Position numbers and translations under genes: made by a program
Assembly (NCBI GenBank): GCA_043753995.1
Contig: JAYUVP010000243.1
Coordinates: 1-28,066 of the forward strand
Reading direction: 5' to 3'
Length of the DNA: 28,066 bases
From: Fibrobacterota bacterium
GTDB taxonomy: Bacteria; Fibrobacterota; Fibrobacteria; UBA11236
In this document: positions 17,916 through 27,278 of the stretch, one piece after another
Layout: each line of letters starts with the position of its first letter
Numbering within the stretch: the stretch's first letter is position 1
Notes under the pieces: model-generated
Databases searched by the model: none
The model's input: only the letters and a program-made list of their open reading frames with translations
What the model was told of the DNA's origin: nothing

Positions 17916-20171
17916 ATGCCCAAGGTGCTGAATACCCGCCCTGCCGAACAAGCGGAAGCCCTAAGTCGCCTTTTGCGTGATGCCGATTGTGAAAGCGTCG
18001 AAATTCCCCTGGTGGAATTGCGCACCGTGGCCGCTGGATTGGAAGAAGCCGCCAAGCTCGACCCCCGTGAATACAGCGGTATTTTTCTCAGCAGCCCCAT
18101 TGGCCTCAAGGCGCTGGAAAGCGCCGTCGCCGAGCCAGACTTCCTGGCATGGATGCGCAAGCCCGTCTATTTGATCGGCAAACAAAGCGTCGGCCTCGTG
18201 GCGCAAAAAAATGCCCGCGTCGCCTTTGTCCCGCATTCGGCCTCCCTGTCCGGCTTTCTCGCGGAATTTCCCGAGTGGCGGAAAAAGGAGAGCGAAAATA
18301 TCGCCATGGCCACTCGATCCGAGGCCAATGCACTCGCCAAATCCCTGCTTGCGACCGGAGTGGGACAAATTTCGCCCTCGGACGGGATCGGCGATTCTAC
18401 CTCGGCCGCACCGGAAAAACCTGCGCTGGAAATCCCGGCTCATGCCGAGCCCACCCCCGATGACTTGGAAGTCCTCCGCCTCAAAGGCATGCAGGATTTC
18501 GCCGATGGTTTGGATGCTGGTGTGCAACGATGGCTACACCCCTGCTCGGAAAAAACTCGCTTGCAACCCGAAGCTTTCGCGGCTCTCGGCATTGAAGTGA
18601 TTAACGTATCAGTTTATCGACCATTGCTACCCGATGCCTCGTCGGAAAAACTGCAAGCCTTACCCGATGACATCGCCGTGGTGACTTTTTGCTCGGGCTC
18701 GGCCGTCGACCATTTTTTCCAAGCCGCTCCAGACCAAGCCAAGCATTGGGCCGCAACCCTTCCTGCGGCAAGCCTGGGTGCGGCAACTTCGGAAGCCCTC
18801 AAGCGACAAGGTTGGAACCGCATGGAACAAGCCCCTACCGCCGATGCCCCTGGTTTGGTGATGGCCGTACAACGCGCCTTAGGGCGCGATGGCTTGTCTG
18901 GGCATTCGGCTCGCTTCGAGCGTGCTCGCAAGGTCATTCCCGGAGGCGTCAATAGCCCGGTGCGGGCCTTTCGTTCGGTGGGTGGCGATCCGGTTTTCAT
19001 TGCTTCGGCCAAAGGCCCCTACTTGTATGACGCGGATGGCCGCGAACTCATCGATTTCGTTTTGTCCTGGGGGCCGATGATTTTGGGCCATGCCCACCCG
19101 GGCGTCATCGAAGCCGTGCGCGAAGTCGCAGGGCGCGGACTCAGCTTCGGCGCTTGCACCGAAGGGGAAACCGAAATCGCCGAGACCTTGGTTTCGCTTA
19201 TGCCTTCCGTGGAAAAAGTCCGACTCACTTGCTCGGGCACCGAAGCCACCATGGCAGCGGTTCGTTTAGCCCGAGGCTATACCAGTCGGGAAAAAATCAT
19301 CAAGTTCCGCGGCTGCTATCATAGGCATGGCGACAGCTTTCTCGTGCAAGCGGGATCAGGCGCTATGACTTTCGGCCATCCCAATAGTCCCGGCGTGACC
19401 TTAGGCGCAGCGGCCGACACCCTCATCGCCGAATACAATGATTTGAATTCCGTGCGCTCTCTCTTTGCCGCCCATCCTGGCACCATCGCCGCCATCATTG
19501 TCGAGCCTATTGTCGGCAATATGGGCGTGCTTATTCCTGAGTCCGGGTTTTTGCAGGGGCTGCGCTTGCTTTGCGATCAAAACGGATCCTTACTTATACT
19601 CGATGAAGTCATGACCGGCTTTCGCGTGGGCTTGCAGGGGGCACAGGGGCGTTACGGTATCACGCCCGATATTACCACCCTCGGCAAAATCGTGGGCGGA
19701 GGCATGCCCCTGGCGGCCTATGGTGGACGCGCCGAAATCATGAATCGCCTCTCCCCCGAAGGCCCCATTTATCAGGCCGGCACGCTCTCGGGCAATCCTC
19801 TCGCCGTGGCCGCCGGACTCGCCACTCTACGCGAAATCGCCAAGCCCGGCTTTTACGATCGCCTGGAAATTCTTTGCACCCAATGGGAAAACGACTTACG
19901 CAGCGCTTTTTCCGGCTGTCCCCTGCCAATACAAATCAATCGCGTCGGCGCCATGCTCACGGTTTTCTTTTCGGACAAGCCGGTGCGCGACTTTGCTTCG
20001 GCAGCGGCATGCGACACCCAGGCTTTTGGCCGGTTTTTTCAGGCCTGCCTGCAAGAAGGGCTTTATCTAGCTCCCAGCCAATTCGAGGCTGGGTTTCTCA
20101 GCATAGCCCATGACGAAAAGATTTTGTCCCGGGTCGCCGAGGCGACTCAGAAGGCCGTGAAGCGCATTTGA
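17916..20171 (+). CDS. hemL: Uroporphyrinogen-III synthase (HemD) fused in frame to glutamate-1-semialdehyde 2,1-aminomutase (HemL)
   Basis: N-terminal part has VLNTRP, FLSSPIG, VY, FCSGSAV and LGAATSEAL (HemD). C-terminal part has IPGGVNSPVR, SWGP, SGTEA, DEVMTGFR, GKIVGGG, QAGTLSGNP and PSQFE (HemL). GAGGAG Shine-Dalgarno before ATG 17916. Confidence 0.92.
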   Translation: MPKVLNTRPAEQAEALSRLLRDADCESVEIPLVELRTVAAGLEEAAKLDPREYSGIFLSSPIGLKALESAVAEPDFLAWMRKPVYLIGKQSVGLVAQKNARVAFVPHSASLSGFLAEFPEWRKKESENIAMATRSEANALAKSLLATGVGQISPSDGIGDSTSAAPEKPALEIPAHAEPTPDDLEVLRLKGMQDFADGLDAGVQRWLHPCSEKTRLQPEAFAALGIEVINVSVYRPLLPDASSEKLQALPDDIAVVTFCSGSAVDHFFQAAPDQAKHWAATLPAASLGAATSEALKRQGWNRMEQAPTADAPGLVMAVQRALGRDGLSGHSARFERARKVIPGGVNSPVRAFRSVGGDPVFIASAKGPYLYDADGRELIDFVLSWGPMILGHAHPGVIEAVREVAGRGLSFGACTEGETEIAETLVSLMPSVEKVRLTCSGTEATMAAVRLARGYTSREKIIKFRGCYHRHGDSFLVQAGSGAMTFGHPNSPGVTLGAAADTLIAEYNDLNSVRSLFAAHPGTIAAIIVEPIVGNMGVLIPESGFLQGLRLLCDQNGSLLILDEVMTGFRVGLQGAQGRYGITPDITTLGKIVGGGMPLAAYGGRAEIMNRLSPEGPIYQAGTLSGNPLAVAAGLATLREIAKPGFYDRLEILCTQWENDLRSAFSGCPLPIQINRVGAMLTVFFSDKPVRDFASAAACDTQAFGRFFQACLQEGLYLAPSQFEAGFLSIAHDEKILSRVAEATQKAVKRI

Positions 20172-20188
20172 TCGGTAGCGTCGGGGGT

Positions 20189-23100
20189 CTATAGTCCCTC
20201 GGCCTGCGGGTCGAAATAGCGTACTAAAACGCCCATGGCCGTCGGCGATGACATGGAATAAGCCAGATTCGGTCTTCCCTGACTGTCAAAATCCAGGCTC
20301 AAATAGTTTGAGATGCCTGGAGAGAAACCAGCGGAGCCAATGTTTTGCCATTCTCCAGCCCGATAGACTTTGACAACCGCTTTATTAGCTGAGCCAGCAT
20401 CACGATAGGCCACATAGGGTTCATTGTTATACACCTTGAGAGAGACATAATAAGCTATCCCCTCCGAGAAACCCGAACCGCCTAGATTGTTCCACGACCC
20501 GCTTCCGATTTTGCGTAAGACGGTCAACTTGCTCATATTTCCCCCATCTTGATAAGCAAGATAAAGCGTGTCGCCATGACTCGTGAAATTCAGGTATGCA
20601 ACCGTGGATGCCGAAATAATGCTTCCAGAGAGAACCCAGGCAGAGGAGGTGGCATCCCAATATTTCACCGTCAAACGGCCATTTCGAGTGGAGTATAAAT
20701 CGCCATAGGCCACCCAAACCTTACCCGAACTATCCACGGTTGTGGCGATGTCTCCCGTAACCGTGCTATCCGATACCGAAACGCCCAAACTCGATAAGAC
20801 GCCTGAGGCATTGTATTTCTTCACTTGCAGACGATGATTCGTCGGTGCATTCTCGGTATAAGCCACATAGGCCGAATCCCTGAAAGTGGCAATCGCGGGA
20901 GTGACCGAAAGTATGGTAGTGTCCGAAATCACACGACTGGTCCAAGTCGTCGCCGTGCCCGCCCAACGCCGTAAAATAACTTTGCCATTGCCGGTAGTAA
21001 GCGCTGAATAGTCTCCATAAATCCCGAACACATAATTTGGAGACGAGACCAACTTGACATATAAGGCGCTTCCCGGGGATACGGGGTTATTTCCGGCATC
21101 GACCCAATTATTAGCCGATAATTGCGAAACCGTGGCGAATCCCGTTCCCGAACGAAAACCCACAACGGGTTTTGCCTGGTACATGCATAACCCCACATAA
21201 CTGGAAGAGCCGGAAATAAACGGGGTCGCACCCACTTGTATCCATGCCTTGCGATACACTTTCAAAGCATAATTCCTCACCGATCCATCGCCTGCCGTGA
21301 CTTGAATTGCGATTTGAGTAACACCCGTATCGGCTTTTACCGACCATGTCGAGGTCAACGAAGTCACACCATTCAGGCGAATCGTGGCTTCGGCATTCGT
21401 GCGCGTCGCCGAGACTTTCACCGTATCCACCGAATCTGGCACGGTAATCACATAACTCAAGGTTGCCGCCAAGAAAGAAGGCGATAATGTTCCCGTTTGG
21501 GTAGTGGTATCCGTGGGAGTATGATAGGTAGCCGACAAGGCAGAAAGCGTACTGACGCTACTCGCCACCTTGGTGATAGTCACCACATAGGTGGTGTGCT
21601 TGGAAGTATCCTCCGCAGTCACCAAAACGGTGGCCGTATAATTCCCAACCGCGGCCGTGGCTATAGTCACTCCCGCAGGAGTGCCGGATAGGGCAATGCC
21701 ATTCACCTTCACCGTAGCGCGGCTGCTACGCAGAGTCGGCAGAATGCGCACGGAGGTCGCGGTATTCGCAAGGGTCAACGTATAAGCCAAAGTCTCCGTG
21801 GCAAAACCAGGGGCCAAGTTGCCGGTGCTTCCTGCCAAGGCAGAAAGGCGTGAGTCCGTATCGTAAATCGCGGTCACGACCAAGGTGTCCAAGCCTACCA
21901 CTCCATCATCGTCGGTGAGGCGTAGTATGCAGTTAATAAAAGACGGAGTCGGGGGTGCCGTGATCGTCGTGTCCACCGATCCTACGGCGATGAAATCCGC
22001 ACCGGTCCCGATTTGCCATTCGCGCTTGACTATGGAGCCATAAAGGTCATTTCCCTTGGCATGCAAGGTAAAGGGGGATCCGGTAAGCACGGTGGTATCG
22101 ACTCCGGCATTGGCAACTGGAGCATCCATCAGGACCGTAACATGCAGGCTATCCTTCACCGAACCGCCGCCATTGTCGCGGCCGCGAATAGCGACCGTGT
22201 ATTTGCCCGCCACGGAATAACGGTGGCTGGCCTTCACATTCGCCAATGCAGAATTGGGCGTCGTCGAATCGTCATAGGATCCGTCGCCATCGAAATCCCA
22301 AGCCACTTGTTTGATCACCCCATCCTGATCCAATAAGGAGGCGGAGAAAGCCACCGAGTCTTTGATGGAAACCGTGGTGTCGCCACGCTTCGAGGCGAAT
22401 TGAGGCAAGACATTGCCCATGGAGACGACACGAGTATCGGTACCCACATTCCCGTCATCATCACGTGCATACAACTTTGCGTTAAAAGTGCCATCGGTAG
22501 GATAGGTGTAAGACAAGGTCGAAGACGTAGCGGAAGAATCGTCCCAGTTGCCGTCACCATTGAAATCCCATTTCCACATCACTATGGATCCGAATTTTTG
22601 GATCGCACTTCCCTGCAAGGTAAGGGCCTGTCCTGCTTTGCCTGAGGTGTCCTTGCCAGCATCCACGGTGGGGATATCTTGTATCACATGCACGCGAGCA
22701 GAATCAAAGCCGATTGCACCATCATTATCCATAGCACCTGCGATAATTAAATAGCTGCCGGAATCATTTAATATGCGCCGCAAGTGATAAAACTTGGTTG
22801 AATCCGAAAGCAAGGGCAAGGTGTCATCGAGCTTACCATTGCGCTTGGTGTCCACGCCGACCTTTACGATGCTGCCATCCAAATCGATGGGCTTGAAAAA
22901 CAGATGGACGGTGTCGGAAATCGAAACCGTTGTGTCTTTGAGGCCGAGTATTCGGGGCGGCCGATTGGCCATCACTTGAATCCAGGTTGAATCTCTTTTT
23001 TCCCCGGCATGGGCGAAAATCCAAGCCTCGCCCACACCAACGCTTAGAATATGCCCCTGGGAATCCACCGTTGCGATATTGGTATCCGAAGTTGAAAAAT

Positions 23101-23688
23101 GAAAGGTCGGATCGACTCCCGTAGGCTTCAATTCGACTTGAAGCGAGTCCCTATAGCCGCCCGTTTTGAGGCGCAAGGTGTCGGCGCTAAGTGAAATAGA
23201 AGTGACGGCCTTATAGTCGACAATAACGAAAAGCGTGTCGACCTTGCTGGAATCTTTCACCGTGGAAACCAGCAGCAAGCCTTGGCCCTTTTGCTTGCCT
23301 TCAACCTTGGCTACCGATCCGGTATTGCCATTGACCACGCTGAAACCAAAAACCGAGCCTTGTTTATTCCAAGCGAAAAGTTGGGAGGTGGTCGAGGGAA
23401 GAATTTGCGCCTGAACCTCCTTAGACTCGTCAATCAAAAGTCGCAGGGTATCCGTCGAAAGCTTTACAGCCTCGGGATTGAGCGCGAAATTCTTTTCGAC
23501 ATCGGTCGTTGTTTTCTGCGAACTTCCATCGAAATTCGCCGTCACGGCCAAGGTCTCTTCTTCGCCTTGATATTAAAAGTCGGCTCGCCAGGTTCAGTCG
23601 AATTGCAGGCAAAGAAAGTGGATGTGGCCAAAAAGCAAGCCATCAAAAAACCCACGGTCCAAAGCCGCCGCATCCCGAAATTTTTCAT
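20189..23688 (-). pseudogene. Large surface lipoprotein (Ig-like, PKD, cadherin-like beta-sandwich and beta-propeller-like domains), frameshifted near the N-terminus
   Basis: The lipoprotein signal MKNFGMRR...FFAC (ATG 23688, AGGA Shine-Dalgarno) is in a frame that stops at 23542. The 1120-aa body (23551-20189) is in another frame and contains WKWDFNGDG, VANAGVD, LSPSFLAATLSY and GFS..PYVAY.D repeats. Confidence 0.78.
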
Positions 23689-23738
23689 GTTTCTATTCCT
23701 GATTTGTAGTGCAGTAGCCAAGGAAGCCCTCAATTCGT

Positions 23739-24419
23739 TTATTGATTCACCGCGACTTCATAGACCGTTGCTTCTTCTTCTGGTTGACTCATGATTACGG
23801 CAGCCGTAATGCCTGCCCCCAAGGCCACCACACCTCCAGCCACCCACCACCAAATGGGATCCACTCCTCTTTGCGAAACCTTGGTTTCCTGCGAAGACTT
23901 TGGGGCCGGGGTATTCGATTGAGAGGAGGCGGCAGCCATCCCGGTTTTGGTCTCATTAGCGATGGGACGGTCAGGCAAGGCCATTTGACTGGAATCGACA
24001 CCGAAATTTTTCTGTCTTAATACGAATTCTTTTCGGACCTTGTCGAAAATGCGATCCACTTCATCGCTTACGAACATATCCACCAATTCCGCCGAAGGAA
24101 CCATTTCCAAAAGGCGATACATGTGATACTTGCCTTTTTCCCGGGTTTGGGGATTGGCACTGTAAACTACGGCCAAGTGCTTGGCAACGAAAACGGAATC
24201 CGAGCGGCTATAGGTTGAGTTGCGGGCAAGAAATGCCTCAAGGGTTTTAACCACTTTATCAAAGTCACCGTCATTGTATTCCGAATGAATGGCTTTCTGA
24301 TCCAATTCGGATACGGAAACGGTTTTGGGTTTTCCGGTTTCAGCGAGCAGAAGGGCCGGCAAAAGCAAGGTTGCGGCGAAGGCAATGGGGAATCGAACAA
24401 TGAGAAATGAAAAGGGCAT
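23739..24419 (-). CDS. Exported helical (TPR-like) protein with C-terminal membrane anchor
   Basis: Signal peptide, GGAGG Shine-Dalgarno and C-terminal WWWVAGGVVALGAGITAAVIM. Paralog of 25569-26300. Confidence 0.85.
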   Translation of the reverse strand: MPFSFLIVRFPIAFAATLLLPALLLAETGKPKTVSVSELDQKAIHSEYNDGDFDKVVKTLEAFLARNSTYSRSDSVFVAKHLAVVYSANPQTREKGKYHMYRLLEMVPSAELVDMFVSDEVDRIFDKVRKEFVLRQKNFGVDSSQMALPDRPIANETKTGMAAASSQSNTPAPKSSQETKVSQRGVDPIWWWVAGGVVALGAGITAAVIMSQPEEEATVYEVAVNQ

Positions 24420-24523
24420 ATTGCCTCCAGAATCGAAGGCAGAAAAATAGTCATCGCCAATCGGATCAAGACCTAAAGCCCAAGGTGCTTATGGAAGCCT
24501 TTTAGGCGATTTTCACCGGTTTT

Positions 24524-25552
24524 TTATAAAACGTTCACCAGCAAAGTATCCACACCCGTTAATCCATCACTGTCAGTCACGCGCAAGATGCAGGTTAAAA
24601 CACCTGGTAAGTCCGGAGCCGGGACACGGGTTTCCACCTGGGTGACAGCCTTGAAGGCTTGGTCACCCATTTGCCATTCCCGCTTGGTAATGGGACCGAA
24701 ACCATCCTTGCCCTTGGCGCGTAAGACAAGGATGCTGCCTGCCGTAACCGAGGTGTCACGTCCTGCATCGGCAATGGGTGGATCGAGCAAAACCGTCACC
24801 CGAATCTTGGCCTCGGCTTGACCCACGGCACTGCGCATTAAAAAGCGGCAGACATAGGTTCCCGGATTTTTGAAATAGGCCTTGCCCGTGAAGCGCAAGG
24901 TCGTCGACGGCATGGGCGCACTATCATCAAAGCGACCGTCATTGCCATAATCCCATCCCGCGAAGGTCAGACGGGAGCTTCCGTCTTGCACCTGAGCGGT
25001 CAAAGCCACGAGATCGCCAATGGAAACCGTCGTGTCGGCAGTGATGACCAGGATTTTCGGTGGGGTTCCATCCTTGGCTGGTATGGGAGGAGGTTTCGGG
25101 CTGGCGCTATCCTTAATGATCGTCGACTCCACGGGTACCACTGGCACCTGGCCCGCCAAGGCAATGGCACCGCCGAAGGGGGCGGGCAAGGAATCATGTA
25201 TCACCGTCACGATTTGACTTTCTCCATCGAAGTCGCGACCCTGAGAAAAAACAAGCAAGCCTTGGCGATAGCCATAAATGCCAATCAAAACCCGACCGCC
25301 GCTATAATTTTTGGCTGGCAAATAGGCGAGAGCATTCAAATCGGAAACTGAATCGTTGAAAAGCGTATCCAGGATTTTCCCCTGTGGAGTGGCCAATACG
25401 ACGACGAGCCGCTGATACGATTTCCAATTCGTGTCGCCATCGACACGGAAAACCGCCGTCTCGCTGCTTTCTCCCACCGCTTGACAGCCCAAGAAACCGA
25501 AACCAGAGGCCGCAAGGCCCAAGGCCAGAACGAAGGCATGCAGCGTGGACAT
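24524..25552 (-). CDS. PKD-domain lipoprotein
   Basis: Lipobox FLGC, Pro-rich linker, WDYGNDG, IADAGRD and KREWQ. Homologous to parts of 20189-23688. Start placed at ATG 25552, after the upstream stop. Confidence 0.82.
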   Translation of the reverse strand: MSTLHAFVLALGLAASGFGFLGCQAVGESSETAVFRVDGDTNWKSYQRLVVVLATPQGKILDTLFNDSVSDLNALAYLPAKNYSGGRVLIGIYGYRQGLLVFSQGRDFDGESQIVTVIHDSLPAPFGGAIALAGQVPVVPVESTIIKDSASPKPPPIPAKDGTPPKILVITADTTVSIGDLVALTAQVQDGSSRLTFAGWDYGNDGRFDDSAPMPSTTLRFTGKAYFKNPGTYVCRFLMRSAVGQAEAKIRVTVLLDPPIADAGRDTSVTAGSILVLRAKGKDGFGPITKREWQMGDQAFKAVTQVETRVPAPDLPGVLTCILRVTDSDGLTGVDTLLVNVL

Positions 25553-25568
25553 TCGTGTCGCCTGATCC

Positions 25569-26300
25569 TTAGGGTAAGGAGGCGGTTTCTTTGGAGACAT
25601 GATAAAGCTTTTCACGAGGCGCCGGAGGGTCGCCGAGAGTGTAATACATGGTGAAACCTACCACGCCCGCCGTTACCGCGCCAGCTATCCAAGTGCCGGG
25701 TCTTTTCCAAAAAGATCGCGTGTCCGCTTCGGCCACATTACCAAAAGGCTGTCGAATGGATGAGCCATCAGCCTTGGCCTGATTCGCAGAAAGAACTAAA
25801 CCCATCGAATCTTCGGACTGAGCCCCGATAGATTCCACGTCTAGCAATTTCTGCAAGGCCTCGGCTTCGTCCGAGGTGATCCAGTCCGTGTCGTTCCCTT
25901 GCAAGCGCGCCGTGCGCTGGCGTACACGATGTTCCATCCGGGTACGCTCCCAAAAGCGATCGACTTCCTCACCCACGAAGAGATCGACCAAATCGGATTT
26001 GGCGTCGAGATCCAGCAATTGAATCCAGCAATAGCGACCTTTTTCACGAGTTTTCGGATCGGCCACCCAAACCACACCGAGTAGGCGCAAGGCAAAAAGG
26101 CTATCGCTCCTCGAAACCCTATGGCCAGGGCTTAATATGGGTTTGAGCCCGTCCACCACTTGATCGAAATCGCCGTTTCGATAATTCTCCAGAATAGCCG
26201 CGCGTGAAAACAACGCCGTATTCGCCGCTTGGCTGGCGCTGGGCCAGCTCAGGCCCAAAATAAGCATGAGCCCCAGCAGGGAAAGTTTCCTATGCATCAT
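25569..26300 (-). CDS. Exported helical (TPR-like) protein with C-terminal membrane anchor
   Basis: Signal peptide MMHRKLSLL...SQA and C-terminal FWKRPGTWIAGAVTAGVVGFTMYY. Paralog of 23739-24419. Confidence 0.85.
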   Translation of the reverse strand: MMHRKLSLLGLMLILGLSWPSASQAANTALFSRAAILENYRNGDFDQVVDGLKPILSPGHRVSRSDSLFALRLLGVVWVADPKTREKGRYCWIQLLDLDAKSDLVDLFVGEEVDRFWERTRMEHRVRQRTARLQGNDTDWITSDEAEALQKLLDVESIGAQSEDSMGLVLSANQAKADGSSIRQPFGNVAEADTRSFWKRPGTWIAGAVTAGVVGFTMYYTLGDPPAPREKLYHVSKETASLP

Positions 26301-26441
26301 GGCTTCGACATCATACGGCCTGCCGCACCCAGCCCACAATACCTGATCGAGAGCCAATGCCCCGCCGACTTCACGCACAACCTAAAGCGAAAAGAAAAGC
26401 CCTTTGTTAGCTTACTGACCTATCCATCACGGGGCACTTCA

Positions 26442-27278
26442 ATGCGATTGATTCCAGCAATTACAGTGGCAATGGGACTCTGGTCTGGTTCCACTTGGGG
26501 CCAGGGCATCCGGGTCAGCAAAACGGATTTTCCACGCTTTGTGGGGGTTTTGGCCTGCCATGGAGCGGAACCCCAATGCCCTGCCGCCTTACAAGGATTT
26601 TCCCGGCACGGGCTCACCGGGGATTTTGGGTTTGAAGACCCCTCGGTTCAACCCAAAGATTCCTTGACAGGTCGCTCGCCCATCGCCTTGGGATTTCCCG
26701 ACGGCAAGGCCTTTGACTGGAACAAATACAGTCTCGTCTCCCCTCTCAATCGCAATCGTATCGTGGTTTTGAACGAACTCACTAGCAGTGAAAGCAATCA
26801 TGCCCTATTGAGCGAATGGAAAGAAAGCAAGGGCGAATTAGAGTTGGTGCGCATTTGGCCTCAAGTCTTCGACATCGCCTTGGGCGAAGCCTTTTTCGAA
26901 GGCAAGCCTATTCTGCAAGGAAAAGGTTTTGTTGCTGTCCTGCGCGGGCTGGGAAGCGATGCCGGCATCAATCAGCAAGAGTTCCATGTCCTGCGCTTTG
27001 AACCCAAGTCCGACGTCATCACCCTGGTCAGTGAAGTGAATCGATCGGAAATTCCCGTATCGCAAATCATGGCCCGACTCAATGAACATGGCGCCGGCGC
27101 CGTTGCGGCGGAAGAAGTTACCGACAGCACCTTGTACTGTGCCTTGGCCAAGGGAGGCAAGGTCTTGCGCTGCACCAAAACCCTGACTCGTTTGCGTTAT
27201 ACCACGACGGGCGTCGAGGAGAATCCCATCGGCAAACAGGATTACAATGTCGACTTCAAGAAAACCTCGGCACGATGA
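26442..27278 (+). CDS. Secreted hypothetical protein
   Basis: Long ORF with a signal-like MRLIPAITVAMGLWSGSTWG. Its stop overlaps the next start (ATGA). Confidence 0.7.
   Translation: MRLIPAITVAMGLWSGSTWGQGIRVSKTDFPRFVGVLACHGAEPQCPAALQGFSRHGLTGDFGFEDPSVQPKDSLTGRSPIALGFPDGKAFDWNKYSLVSPLNRNRIVVLNELTSSESNHALLSEWKESKGELELVRIWPQVFDIALGEAFFEGKPILQGKGFVAVLRGLGSDAGINQQEFHVLRFEPKSDVITLVSEVNRSEIPVSQIMARLNEHGAGAVAAEEVTDSTLYCALAKGGKVLRCTKTLTRLRYTTTGVEENPIGKQDYNVDFKKTSAR

Noticed and set aside
23560..23575. Programmed frameshift or phase variation at the lipoprotein break
   Set aside because: There is no homopolymer or long simple repeat, and comparison with the paralog indicates missing sequence rather than slippage.
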